A stretch of 64,000 nucleotides of DNA from Patescibacteria group bacterium (GCA_038061835.1 JBBTYJ010000015.1:3907-67906), one strand, 5' to 3'. Shown: positions 18,690-28,900, counted from the first letter of the stretch. Numbers and translations are program-made. The notes: generated from the letters alone by a model not told the origin.

Positions 18690-18767
18690 CCCGTTAGAAG
18701 CCGCTACTAGTGACTCGCTGATAATAAATGATATTCATAGTTTTGTATATATGAGCTTCTAACGGGA
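18689..18767. mobile_element. MITE-like element copy D (79 bp; TIRs TCCCGTTAGAAGCC/AGCTTCTAACGGGA, 13/14 match; TSD TTCA)
   Basis: TIRs as in A-C with one mismatch at the inner end; 53-nt interior shares CTGATAATAAA with copy B; TTCA at 18685-18688 and 18768-18771; the scpB stop codon TAG lies inside the TIR. Confidence 0.65.
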
Positions 18768-19337
18768 TTCATTTGATTCTGCGGGCGAAGCTTTTTCAAA
18801 CTCCTCTATTTTTTTAAAAGCAACTCGATATTCCGGTAAATCTTCGCGACAAGTGATCCCTAAATGCTCAAAAAGTTTTAGGGTGGGCTTGTAACTATAG
18901 CTCCTCCCCACTCGAACCGTTTCGTCAGGTGAAGCAAGCGTGTCATCGGGACGTTCAATAAGACCTCGAATAAGAAGCGAGCGGAGAATAAAACTTGAAT
19001 TCACCCCGCGAATATGATCGATCTCGCGGCGGGAAATTGGACCCCTGTAGAGAATAATGGCGAGAGTTTCAAGACTGGCGCGACTAAGCTCGCGAGAAAA
19101 TTCTTCTTTGACTAGACTCTCGATAAGATTACCGGCATCTGGATGAGTACCGAGGCCTGCAAATTCGCCATCGAAAACAATGACAATACCCCTGTTTTTA
19201 TAAAATTCTCCCAATTTTGATAACGTGATTCTTATTTCTTCCGGTTTATTGCCGGTTATTTTCGCCAATTCAGAAACAGAAACCGGTTCGTTCTTGAAAA
19301 AAAGTATTGATTCTATTTTTAATTCTAAATTAAGCAT
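18759..19337 (-). CDS. scpB: Segregation and condensation protein B
   Basis: Winged-helix ScpB pattern ...ISRREIDHIRGVNSSFILRSLLIRGLIE; overlaps scpA by 8 nt. Confidence 0.85.
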   Translation of the reverse strand: MLNLELKIESILFFKNEPVSVSELAKITGNKPEEIRITLSKLGEFYKNRGIVIVFDGEFAGLGTHPDAGNLIESLVKEEFSRELSRASLETLAIILYRGPISRREIDHIRGVNSSFILRSLLIRGLIERPDDTLASPDETVRVGRSYSYKPTLKLFEHLGITCREDLPEYRVAFKKIEEFEKASPAESNESR

Positions 19338-20073
19338 AAATGGGAGTGTTCACTGATTCGCTTTCTATCTCGATATCTTCTCTGCTTTTTTGTGTCACAC
19401 GAATGGCGCCGCGTTTGATCAATTCGAGCATGGCAAGAAAACCAATGATTATAGAGACTTTCTTTTCATAAGTGAGCGCTCCTTTAGTACTATGAAATTC
19501 TTTGAAGCTGAATTTGCTTGTCTTGGTAATGCGTTCCGCCAATTTCCCTATCATCTCTTCGAGACTAATTATCTTTCTGACAATAACTTTAGGTAATGTC
19601 TCTTTCTTCGGTAAAGATTCTATCACCCCCTCGAGAGCAAAGAGAAGATTTTTTGTATCAGTTTTGGAGTCCGGGGAGAAAACTATCGTTTGATTTTTCG
19701 ATGGTGTCTTTTCAAAAATTACCTTCCGACCATAAATCATTTTCAAACCAAGGGTAAGTTCCTTGACTCTGGCATAGACCTTCAAACGATCTTCCAAATC
19801 ATGGATACTTTCTTCTTCTTCGTCTGTCAGTCGAATCATGGGTAGAAGAGATCGAGATTTGATGAGCATCAAGGTTGAGGCGATGACGATAAATTCAGCC
19901 GATTCTTTTAATGGAAATTCTTCGTGCTCATCAATGTATCGTATAAAGTCATCCGTTACTTGAGACAATGACACATCGTTTACGAAAAGTTTCCTTTGAG
20001 TCACTAAATCAAGAAGAAGGTCTAAAGGACCTTCAAAAACCCCCGTTTTTACGGTATATGAGCGCTTTTCCAC
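19330..20073 (-). CDS. scpA: Segregation and condensation protein A
   Basis: Kleisin N-terminal FEGPLDLLLDLVTQRKL; 247 aa. Confidence 0.85.
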   Translation of the reverse strand: MEKRSYTVKTGVFEGPLDLLLDLVTQRKLFVNDVSLSQVTDDFIRYIDEHEEFPLKESAEFIVIASTLMLIKSRSLLPMIRLTDEEEESIHDLEDRLKVYARVKELTLGLKMIYGRKVIFEKTPSKNQTIVFSPDSKTDTKNLLFALEGVIESLPKKETLPKVIVRKIISLEEMIGKLAERITKTSKFSFKEFHSTKGALTYEKKVSIIIGFLAMLELIKRGAIRVTQKSREDIEIESESVNTPIYA

Positions 20074-20097
20074 TTCTCCATCATAGCGTCTTTAGGC

Positions 20098-20679
20098 TTA
20101 ATTTTCAATTAAAATCTCTACTATTTCGTCCCAAGAATAGACTCTGTGAATTGGTGGTTTAATTTCACCCTGATTCCACGGCGCATCAAAGAGTAAAGCA
20201 GGTATGCCAAAGCTTGCAATATCATTCACATTATGTAGAGAATCATCCACAAAAAATTCAACGCCAAGTTCTTTACACACTTCTCCTTTAGTACGTTTGA
20301 GACCCTTTTCTTGATATTGATACTGATTCGTAAAATGAATTCCAGCAAAAGTTTGGGGGAAATGCTTGTCCAACCACTCTAGCGATATATTTTTCAATTC
20401 TTCTGGCTTAGCCGTAATAACATGAAGAATATGATGCTGTTTTAGTTTTTTTATCTTCTCAACCGCTCCATTTATGGGCTCGGCATTACGATGTTCTGAT
20501 GACTGATAAAAACCAAAAACTTTCTTTTTTGATTCTTCCTCCGTACAATTCCACATTTCTGCTAAATTTTCTCTGAACTGGTGACGTTTATAATCTGTTC
20601 CAAAACGATAATTGTGATATCGGTGAAGCGATTCTCGAAAATCAAGCAATACATCATCAAGGTCAAAACCGATGGTCAT
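20098..20679 (-). CDS. HAD-superfamily 5'(3')-deoxyribonucleotidase-like (NT5C family)
   Basis: N-terminal DxDxV motif FDLDDVLLDF; 193 aa. Confidence 0.6.
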   Translation of the reverse strand: MTIGFDLDDVLLDFRESLHRYHNYRFGTDYKRHQFRENLAEMWNCTEEESKKKVFGFYQSSEHRNAEPINGAVEKIKKLKQHHILHVITAKPEELKNISLEWLDKHFPQTFAGIHFTNQYQYQEKGLKRTKGEVCKELGVEFFVDDSLHNVNDIASFGIPALLFDAPWNQGEIKPPIHRVYSWDEIVEILIEN

Positions 20680-21950
20680 GGATTCAGTCTCTTAACATCT
20701 CGCGGTAAATATGTCGCCTCGCGGACATTGGGTAAATCAAGAATTTTCATAATAAAGCGACCCGGGCCAATACCGGCGCCGCCATGCGGCGGACAACCAT
20801 AACGGAAAAAATTCAAATAATCTTTCAGCAACTCGAGATCCATATCCTTCTCTTTGGCTTGTTTTTCAAGAATCTCTGGTCTATGTTCGCGTTGTGCCAG
20901 AGTTGTTACTTCAATACCTCGATAAAGAAGATCCGCCCGACGGCTTCTATCGGAATCTTCGTCTAGACGCATATGATAGAAGGCGCTTTTGGATTTGTGA
21001 TAATCGGTGATAAAAACAAATTCATGTTCATGTTCTTTAAGAATATATTCCGAGATGGTTCGTTCTTCTTCCGGCGAAAGATCGTGCTCCCCGCCCGACT
21101 GAACGATGTCAGTCGTTCGGGCAGGTTCCGGCGAAGAAACACCGAGACTGGATAAAATCTTTTTTGCCTCCACTATTGTCATTCTTGGAAAAGGTCGAGT
21201 CGGCACAGTAATATTCAAATCTGGAAAAACCTTCAATAGTTGCTCGAGGCCGCGAATAATCATCCCCTCTTCTTCGTCCATGACATCGTAGTGGTCCTTA
21301 ATATACGAAACCTCAAAATCCCAACCGGTAAACTCCGTCAGGTGGCGAGTAGTAAAGGAGGGTTCAGCGCGAAACACGGGAGATGTCATAAAAATTTTCT
21401 CAAAACCGGATGCCATGGCCATTTGTTTATAAAACTGAGGAGATTGAGCCAGATACGCTTTCCGATCAAAGTAATTTACCTCAAAGACTTCCGCTCCTGA
21501 TTCCGACGGGGTAGACATAAGGGCCGGCGGGTAAAGCTGGATGAAATTGTTTTCATTCCAATATTTGCGCCAGCCTTTCTCAAATTCCGTCCAAACCTTG
21601 AAAATCTTGGCTTTCTCTGGCTTACGAAGATCAAGCCAGCGATAATCGAAACGTATCGGCGCTTCGGTTTCTTCCCCACTCTTCACCACTACCGGTATCG
21701 GCAATTCCGGCGCGGCCATACTCAACACCTCAATCTTAATCGGATGCATCTCATGACCGCCGGGTGCCTGTGGAGCGTCTATCATTTCTCCGGTCGCTCT
21801 GATGACAGATTCGAGTGTTAAATTCTTGGCCGTCTCGAATTCCGGATTGTCTGTCGTCACTACCAACTGCGTTAAGCCCTTCAAATTGCGCACGATAATA
21901 AAAATTATTTTTGATTGAATGCGCAGAGCATGTACAAATCCCTGAATCAT
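20676..21950 (-). CDS. aspS: Aspartate--tRNA ligase, archaeal/eukaryotic type (class IIb)
   Basis: QSPQFYKQ, motif 2 FRAEPSFTTRHLTEFTGWDFE, motif 3 GCPPHGGAGIGPGRFIM; 424 aa. Confidence 0.8.
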   Translation of the reverse strand: MIQGFVHALRIQSKIIFIIVRNLKGLTQLVVTTDNPEFETAKNLTLESVIRATGEMIDAPQAPGGHEMHPIKIEVLSMAAPELPIPVVVKSGEETEAPIRFDYRWLDLRKPEKAKIFKVWTEFEKGWRKYWNENNFIQLYPPALMSTPSESGAEVFEVNYFDRKAYLAQSPQFYKQMAMASGFEKIFMTSPVFRAEPSFTTRHLTEFTGWDFEVSYIKDHYDVMDEEEGMIIRGLEQLLKVFPDLNITVPTRPFPRMTIVEAKKILSSLGVSSPEPARTTDIVQSGGEHDLSPEEERTISEYILKEHEHEFVFITDYHKSKSAFYHMRLDEDSDRSRRADLLYRGIEVTTLAQREHRPEILEKQAKEKDMDLELLKDYLNFFRYGCPPHGGAGIGPGRFIMKILDLPNVREATYLPRDVKRLNP

Positions 21951-22915
21951 AAAATTTGTAATCCAATTTTTTCTCTAACCTCTTTCATCTTTTTTTCTGC
22001 TCTTTCTCGCGCAACCTGACCGCCTTGGCGCAAGACATTGAGTACCATTTTTTTATCAGTCTCGAGGTCTTGTTTCTTGTCGCGCATCGGTCTTACGAAA
22101 TTTTTTAAATCATCTATCAACACTTCTTTAAGAATTTTGTATTTCCCTTTATTTTCTTCATATAAATTATCGAGAAATTCTTTGTCCTTGAACAAGGCAT
22201 GAATGGCATAAACATTTTCCGGTCTTTCGTTCGAGGAATCAGTCACAATACTCATCACGGATTTTTCTATCTCTTCGTCTGTGGCAAAAAGCGAAATGGT
22301 ATTACCATAACTTTTGGACATTTTCCTGCCATCGATACCCGGTACCGTGGCAACATTTTCCAAAATCAATGATTTCGGTAATCTGAATACTTCTCCAAAT
22401 ATCCGATTAAATTTCTCTGCCGTATCACGCGCAATTTCTACATGTTGTTTCTGATCCTGTCCGACAGGCACAACATCAGCGTCCTGAATAAGGATGTCTG
22501 CGGCCATAAGCAGCGGGTAATCAAAGAGTCCGACGTTAGGTTCTTTACCATTGGTTATTGCATCCTTATAAGCATGCGCACGCATTAGATATGGCACAGT
22601 AGTCAAACAATTAAAAATCCAGGCGAGTTCTGTTACTTGGGGCACATCGGACTGTAGAAATAAAGTAGTTTTGCGTGGATCAAGACCTATGGCGAGATAG
22701 GTGACGGCGATATCAAAAGTATTTTTCTCCAATCCCCTTCTCTGTTCCCCATTATTAGCAACTATGTTGGTTAATGCATGATAATTTGCAATAAAAAAAG
22801 AGCTTTCGTATTTATTCTGAAGCTCAACAAACTGCTTCATTGCGCCAAAATAATTGCCTATGTGCGGTGTGCCGGTCGGTTTGACTCCGGATAGCAGTAT
22901 TTTGCTCTCTGGCAT
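21947..22915 (-). CDS. trpS: Tryptophan--tRNA ligase
   Basis: GVKPTGTPHIGNY HIGH region and KMSKS; 322 aa. Confidence 0.9.
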   Translation of the reverse strand: MPESKILLSGVKPTGTPHIGNYFGAMKQFVELQNKYESSFFIANYHALTNIVANNGEQRRGLEKNTFDIAVTYLAIGLDPRKTTLFLQSDVPQVTELAWIFNCLTTVPYLMRAHAYKDAITNGKEPNVGLFDYPLLMAADILIQDADVVPVGQDQKQHVEIARDTAEKFNRIFGEVFRLPKSLILENVATVPGIDGRKMSKSYGNTISLFATDEEIEKSVMSIVTDSSNERPENVYAIHALFKDKEFLDNLYEENKGKYKILKEVLIDDLKNFVRPMRDKKQDLETDKKMVLNVLRQGGQVARERAEKKMKEVREKIGLQIL

Positions 22916-22929
22916 ATGAACCTATGGTA

Positions 22930-24606
22930 TCAAGAATTGACAGGCAATTCCATAAAAAATGTGGAGCCTCGGCCCGTACCGGCAGATTCTACCCAGACAC
23001 GACCTTTATGCGCCTCCGCCACTTCTTTGACAAAAGAAAGACCAAAACCGGTAGAATTGATATTAACCTTGAGCGAATCCTTGTCTCGTCCACCTTTGGT
23101 AAAAAGCTTCGACTTAAGTTCACTTGAAATACCCACACCCGTATCTTCAATTTTAAACAAGATTTTATCACCATCTTTTGCTTGCCCGTCGAAGCCTTGG
23201 CGTAGTCGAGACATTTGGATTTTGACTTCTCCTTTCGGCGTATAACGGATGGAATTATCAATCAAATTTCTTATAGCTTGTTCCAGCTGGGTCTTGTCAC
23301 CACGCGTATTGTAGTTGCCTTCTTCGATCTGCAATTTAAACGATAGTCCTTTGTCTTCCGCCGTTTCTCTCTGTTTTTCGGCCACGCCCTGAACCAGTTC
23401 TCTCATATCTAACGATTGCATTTCATATTTATAAGTCCCCTTTTCAATATTAGACGCATTAAGAAAATCGGTAACAAAATTGACTCCTTCAGTTACCGAA
23501 TCATAACCCTCCTTAACCAGATGTTGGGCTGACTCTGAAACTGGTCCATAATCCTTGTCGGTCAATAATGCATCAAAAACAAGCCTGGCCTTAGTCATAT
23601 ATCCCTTAATCTGGTGGTTGATGATGTGTATCAAATTCGCCTGCCCCTCGTTGGCAATCTTCAGTTCTCCGGCCAACTTTTCAATTTTCTCGCGCTGTTC
23701 AATTTCCCGCTTAACACTTTTAACCAGCAATAGACCGGAAATAACAGTCAATATGAGAGTAATACCAATTAAAATTCTATTGATATCAGTGGTTACAAAG
23801 AAAAGTTGTGAGCCAATCAATATTATTAGAATAACCAGAAATGCCTGTGTGGCAATTAGTTTAATATTAAAGGCTCGAAATTGTACGATTAAATACATTA
23901 ATATCAGTAAAAAAACAACCATTCCTAAAGGACCCCAGAGATTTATTTCATAAGTTTTGCTCAATTCTGCAAAATAGTTTGAAGCCCAAAAAAAGCCAAG
24001 GAATAGAAGAACACCGATTGGCAATAATATCGATAAAAATTTCTCTTTTCTAGTACTACTTTTAATAAACTTCTCTATCACAATAACTGGTATTATTAGA
24101 AGTATCACTAACTCCAAGATATAAATAATGTCCCATAATCTGCCTACGACGCCTTCACAATTTGATAGATTAAAATACGAAATATTGAGAGTGGTTGGTA
24201 CTAGCAATAAGATTCCTGTATATATTATAAGAAAGATATAATTACACCATGTTGGTACTTCTTTAATAAATAAGAATGAATAACAGAAATAAATACTAAA
24301 GATGTAAATCAATATCTCTGGTATGACTAAGAGCTGCCACGCCAAATATACCACCTCAACATCGGCGGCAATCCATTGAAATAAAATTAAAAAAATCCAA
24401 GCTGCAAAAGCAAAGGAAATATAAGTGAAATATTTAGCATACACCACCTCCTTTCTTTTTTGCCATACCACTATTCCAAATATTATAGAAAGAATCAAAA
24501 TTGGTATATAAGCATAAAACAAAAAAGCGGGGGCAATGGCAACGTCAAATAAATTTAAAAAATTTGGTTGGGCATCCGGACAAAGTGTAAGTGTCATATC
24601 TAACAA
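22930..24606 (-). CDS. Sensor histidine kinase with ~8-TM N-terminal domain (no adjacent response regulator)
   Basis: H-box IINHQIKGYM; N, G1, G2 boxes (NLIDNSIRYT, EDTGVGIS, GFGLSFV). Confidence 0.85.
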   Translation of the reverse strand: MLDMTLTLCPDAQPNFLNLFDVAIAPAFLFYAYIPILILSIIFGIVVWQKRKEVVYAKYFTYISFAFAAWIFLILFQWIAADVEVVYLAWQLLVIPEILIYIFSIYFCYSFLFIKEVPTWCNYIFLIIYTGILLLVPTTLNISYFNLSNCEGVVGRLWDIIYILELVILLIIPVIVIEKFIKSSTRKEKFLSILLPIGVLLFLGFFWASNYFAELSKTYEINLWGPLGMVVFLLILMYLIVQFRAFNIKLIATQAFLVILIILIGSQLFFVTTDINRILIGITLILTVISGLLLVKSVKREIEQREKIEKLAGELKIANEGQANLIHIINHQIKGYMTKARLVFDALLTDKDYGPVSESAQHLVKEGYDSVTEGVNFVTDFLNASNIEKGTYKYEMQSLDMRELVQGVAEKQRETAEDKGLSFKLQIEEGNYNTRGDKTQLEQAIRNLIDNSIRYTPKGEVKIQMSRLRQGFDGQAKDGDKILFKIEDTGVGISSELKSKLFTKGGRDKDSLKVNINSTGFGLSFVKEVAEAHKGRVWVESAGTGRGSTFFMELPVNS

Positions 24607-24760
24607 ATATATTAATCTTTAATCTTGAATTTCAATGATATCAATATGTTTTCTTACAAGAGTATTGTAAGAAGTATAAATGATAATGAAAAAACTTAAT
24701 AAAACAACGAGGATAATAAGACTTGAATTTTTATTCATTGTATGGCAGTTTTAATTATAC

Positions 24761-26059
24761 ATGAGAGTGTTCTTCATTTCCAAAGATCTGATTGCCGGTA
24801 ATTTGGCTTATCTACTTAAAAAAGAGGGACACGATGTGAGACTTTTTATTGATGAAAAGGGCCGCAAGGGTAATTTTACAAATCTTGTTCAGAAAGTTAA
24901 TACCATTAAAGGGGGCGTATCATGGGTTGGTAGAGATGGTTTAATCATTTTTGATGATGTGGGATACGGTAAGATGCAAGATAAATTAAGAAGCATGGGT
25001 TACTTGGTGGTGGGAGGGTCAGAATTAGGAGATAAATTAGAACTAAATAGAGAATTCGGACAAAAGATTTTCGCTGAGCATGGCCTTAAAACAGTACCCT
25101 TAAAGAATTTTGAGGATTTAGATGATGCCGCAGTTTATATAAAAAATAATCCGGCTCCATGGGTTATAAAGAAAAATTCTGGCTCTACCAAATTCATCAG
25201 TTATGTTGGCCAACTTGAAAACGGACAAGATACTTTGGATCTGATAAAAACTTATTTGAATGATAAAACCACAAGTGGCGCCAAGATTTCGTTACAAAAA
25301 AGAGTTGATGGAGTGGAAATAGGAGTGGGAAGATTTTTTAATGGTAACTGTTGGGTTGGTCCGATTGAGTTCAATATTGAGTACACGAGATTTATGCCGG
25401 GCGATATTGGTCCTATCACTAGTGAAATGGGAACCCTGGCATGGTACAGCGAAGATGAGCAGAATAAGCTTTATCAAGAAACTATAGCCAAGCTTGAACC
25501 ATATTTGAAAAAAATTAATTTCAAGGGTGACTTTGAACTTAATTGTATGGTCAATGAATCTGGCGCCTATATTTTAGAGGCAACATCGAGATTCGGATCG
25601 CCAATTGTACATCTACAAACGGAAATACATGAATCCCCTTGGGGTAAATTTCTTTTGGCTTTGGCGAAAGGAGAAAATTATGATTTAAAGTGGAAAAAGG
25701 GTTATGGAATGGTGCTGTGTCTTACGACTCCGCCGTTTCCATATCCAAAGAAATCGAAAGATAATTATTCATACGGAATTAACATACACCTTGAAAATAT
25801 TAATAATGCAGATATGACACACATTCACTTTGAAGAAGTTTCGGCGAGAATGGATAATAGTAAACAGTTATATATTTCAGACAACAGAGGATATATTTTA
25901 TACGTGACTGGTATAGGTAGTTCTGTCATCGAAGCGCAGAAAAAAATATATGAATTGACCAGTAAAATAATTATTCCTAAAGTTATATATAGAAACGATA
26001 TTGGCTCAAGTTTCGCAAACAAGAACGAACAACTTTTAAGAAAGTGGGGATATTTATAG
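24761..26059 (+). CDS. ATP-grasp protein, phosphoribosylamine--glycine ligase (PurD)-like
   Basis: Collinear with PurD; ATP-grasp segment PWVIKKNSGS. Confidence 0.55.
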   Translation: MRVFFISKDLIAGNLAYLLKKEGHDVRLFIDEKGRKGNFTNLVQKVNTIKGGVSWVGRDGLIIFDDVGYGKMQDKLRSMGYLVVGGSELGDKLELNREFGQKIFAEHGLKTVPLKNFEDLDDAAVYIKNNPAPWVIKKNSGSTKFISYVGQLENGQDTLDLIKTYLNDKTTSGAKISLQKRVDGVEIGVGRFFNGNCWVGPIEFNIEYTRFMPGDIGPITSEMGTLAWYSEDEQNKLYQETIAKLEPYLKKINFKGDFELNCMVNESGAYILEATSRFGSPIVHLQTEIHESPWGKFLLALAKGENYDLKWKKGYGMVLCLTTPPFPYPKKSKDNYSYGINIHLENINNADMTHIHFEEVSARMDNSKQLYISDNRGYILYVTGIGSSVIEAQKKIYELTSKIIIPKVIYRNDIGSSFANKNEQLLRKWGYL

Positions 26060-26087
26060 AGAATTTATAGAGAAATCGGCACCCTTT

Positions 26088-26612
26088 TCAGGATGCCGAT
26101 TTGACTGCGCGAATGATCCATTCACTCGCAGTCAGTCCAGAAAAAACCGCAGTTGTCCACCAGGCGTTGGAAATGACAAAAGATATCAAAAAAACTTTCC
26201 AGTCTTTTCTCGTCATCCCATTGTACTGGTGAGCGCCTTGTCTTAAGTAAACGACGCAGACAAACGGATCCCAGTAGACGGAGATGGCTAATACAACCAC
26301 CATGTCCCCTTTTGATAGAATCCATTTGAGAATTCCGTGAAAAATCCCGGTTTCTTCCGCGTCTCTTACTTCTTTTATAGTCTCAATCCCCAACCAGTCC
26401 ACCTTACACCAATCGTAAAACAAAATGGTAAAGTAACAGACCAGTAAAGAAAGCAGCCACATGACTGCCGCTCCCCAGATAAGTCCGAGGAACCATAGGA
26501 CTGATGGGTATAATACGAGATTAAACCCTTTCACCATTAGGAAGTTGGCCGTATGGCCAATTCCCCATAAACCAATGCATCTTTTCCAAGACGAAAGATT
26601 TTGAGAGACCAT
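26088..26612 (-). CDS. Hypothetical polytopic membrane protein
   Basis: Multiple hydrophobic helices, Trp-rich; no recognisable domain. Confidence 0.4.
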   Translation of the reverse strand: MVSQNLSSWKRCIGLWGIGHTANFLMVKGFNLVLYPSVLWFLGLIWGAAVMWLLSLLVCYFTILFYDWCKVDWLGIETIKEVRDAEETGIFHGILKWILSKGDMVVVLAISVYWDPFVCVVYLRQGAHQYNGMTRKDWKVFLISFVISNAWWTTAVFSGLTASEWIIRAVKSAS

Positions 26613-26818
26613 TGTCGACCCCCTTTCCTTTGTTTAAGGTTGATTTTACTGCATACTGTCTGCCACCAATTGTAGCATAAAAAATGCCTACATGTCAATA
26701 GCTGAGAATTATATTTTCTCTTTTCAAATACTCAATAATCCCCTGTCGCACGAACCAAGTAAAATAAGTACTAAAATAGAAAAGCTCATTTTCTCGCCCC
26801 ATACCATCACATTACTTC

Positions 26819-28846
26819 TTAATTTTGATTGAGTTGATCATAAATAAAGGACCATATATCAGCATATTGTTCTACGTATTTATTAATACCATTTGCCCCG
26901 CCATGACCAGCATTTTCTTCAACTCTTAATAAAATTGGGTTAGATGTCTTTGATTTTTTTTGTATTTTTGCTACAAACTTATAAGCATGCATCGGATGCA
27001 CTCTATCATCTTGTTTTGCCGTGAGAACAAGAACGGCCGGGTAAGATATACCTGTATTGATATTATAATAGGGACTAAATTTCAAAAGATTCTTTAAATG
27101 TTTTTTGTTGTTTGGATCGCCATAATCAGAAATCCAATATTTGCCACCGTCAAATAAATGATATCGAATCATATCCAAAACAGGCGCGCCAATAATGGCT
27201 ACCTTACAAATATTTGGATGTTGAGTTATTACACTGCCAATTAAAAGTCCACCATTACTCCATCCAAAGATAGCAAGTTTGTTATAATTGGTATACTTCT
27301 TTTTTACTAGATAATTGAGCCCTGCGGTAAAATCATCAAAACTATTTTGTTTTTTAAATAGTTTTCCATCATCATGCCATTTCTGACCATATTCACCCCC
27401 GCCTCGTATATTGATTTCCACGTATATTCCGCCATCTTCCAAAAAAGGAATGATGTTTGCATGAAAATGCGGAGTTATTGAAAGACCAAACCCACCATAA
27501 CCATAGACCAAAGCAGGATTATTACCATTCTCTTTTAATCCCCTTTTATACACAATAAACATAGGCACTGACGTCCCGTCCTTTGATTTAAAAAATTCTT
27601 GCCTTATCTCTACTTTTTTAAAATTAAAAGGTAATTTAGCTTGAAAAAATATTGTTGGATCTTTTTTCTCAAGAGCAAGATTAAAAATGGCTGCCGGAAA
27701 AGAATACGACGAGAACATAAAGAATAAATGATTACCTTCTTTTTCTCCTCCCATGGTTGATATGGTACCCTTTGTTGGTAGGTTAATTTTCCTCTTAAGC
27801 CTACCTTCCAAATCATAGACATAGAGTCGTGAAGATGCATTCTCCAAGACCTCAACAAAAAGTCTGTCTTTAATAAAACAGATGGACTCTTTTTTATCCT
27901 TATCTTCTCCTAAGATTGTTTTCGGAGCTAATCGACCTAGTTCTAAATTAGAAATTTTTGCTTCTTGCACTTTCCAGTTTGGTGCGCCTTTGTTTGTTAA
28001 AAAATAGACAGAATCACGATGTATATAGGCATAAGAAAGATGGTTTTCCTTTTTTAATATTTCTACTATTTTGTTATTTTTATCACTAGTTTTACCTAAA
28101 AACATTTGCGTTGTTTCTTTTTCTTTTGAAGAATTATAAACAGAAATAATAAAATATTTACCATCTTCTGATATGCTTATCGTAGGCCAATCTGTTTTCT
28201 CAGTTTTGTTTCCCAACAAACACTGATCTTTCTTAAAATTATCTCCGATCTTATGAAAGTATATTTTCATATTTAACTTTTCTTCAGTTTTTGGTGATTT
28301 TAGATTAGAGTGTCTGTACCAAAAACCATTTCCATGGCTGTTCCAACACATAAAATATGGATATATGTAATCAGGTATATGGTTTTTCAAAGTAACTTTA
28401 TTTTTGACATCAAAAGTAAAGATTGAAGTTTTGTCATTACCACTTTTTGATAAAGAGTATGCCAATCTGGTTCCATTCTTATTCGGGATCCAAGATTCTA
28501 AAATATATCCAGATCTTTTGAAAATTGACTCACTATTTATTAGCAGGACTGGTTTTTTTGAACCTTTCTTTATGATGTAGACTGAACCGATTTCCTCACT
28601 TCTCTTTCTCCAACTAAAAAAAGTGTTGCCGTTTTTAATTACAGGAAGAGATTTACTTTCAACATTTTGTAGAAGTTTTATCCTTTTAACTAATGAGCTC
28701 TTGTATTTGTTTTGTAAAAAATACGCATCAGCTTTCTGTTGTTCTAATGTTAGCCACTTTCTTGTTTTTAGTGTATTTTTTTCTAAAAATTGAAAAGGGT
28801 CTGAGTTGTTTTTGTTTTGTTTACTACCTCTCATATTCATAATCAT
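26819..28846 (-). CDS. Prolyl oligopeptidase (S9A family)
   Basis: N-terminal DPFQFLE...W...QN, beta-propeller region, catalytic GWSNGGLL (GxSxGG), C-terminal hydrolase Asp/His region; 675 aa; markedly AT-rich by eye relative to neighbours. Confidence 0.85.
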   Translation of the reverse strand: MIMNMRGSKQNKNNSDPFQFLEKNTLKTRKWLTLEQQKADAYFLQNKYKSSLVKRIKLLQNVESKSLPVIKNGNTFFSWRKRSEEIGSVYIIKKGSKKPVLLINSESIFKRSGYILESWIPNKNGTRLAYSLSKSGNDKTSIFTFDVKNKVTLKNHIPDYIYPYFMCWNSHGNGFWYRHSNLKSPKTEEKLNMKIYFHKIGDNFKKDQCLLGNKTEKTDWPTISISEDGKYFIISVYNSSKEKETTQMFLGKTSDKNNKIVEILKKENHLSYAYIHRDSVYFLTNKGAPNWKVQEAKISNLELGRLAPKTILGEDKDKKESICFIKDRLFVEVLENASSRLYVYDLEGRLKRKINLPTKGTISTMGGEKEGNHLFFMFSSYSFPAAIFNLALEKKDPTIFFQAKLPFNFKKVEIRQEFFKSKDGTSVPMFIVYKRGLKENGNNPALVYGYGGFGLSITPHFHANIIPFLEDGGIYVEINIRGGGEYGQKWHDDGKLFKKQNSFDDFTAGLNYLVKKKYTNYNKLAIFGWSNGGLLIGSVITQHPNICKVAIIGAPVLDMIRYHLFDGGKYWISDYGDPNNKKHLKNLLKFSPYYNINTGISYPAVLVLTAKQDDRVHPMHAYKFVAKIQKKSKTSNPILLRVEENAGHGGANGINKYVEQYADIWSFIYDQLNQN

Positions 28847-28864
28847 GCACTTCTGTGCATTAAA

Positions 28865-28900
28865 AGTGAGTAGCTTCTCGGTTCCGAAAAACTACTCACT
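28865..28900 (-). terminator. Terminator/attenuator-like hairpin in the leader of the prolyl oligopeptidase gene
   Basis: On the minus strand: AGUGAGUAG-18 nt loop-CUACUCACU followed by UUUUAAU, 20 nt before the POP start. Confidence 0.4.

Noticed and set aside
9903-18771. The repeated hairpin elements as integron attC sites
   Set aside because: The interiors are not palindromic, the ends do not match RYYYAAC/GTTRRRY core sites, and there is no intI nearby. The 4-bp flanking direct repeats fit TSDs better.
9903-18771. The same hairpins as rho-independent terminators
   Set aside because: There is no U-tract after the 3' arm on the transcribed strand, and the loops (39-53 nt) are too long for intrinsic terminators.
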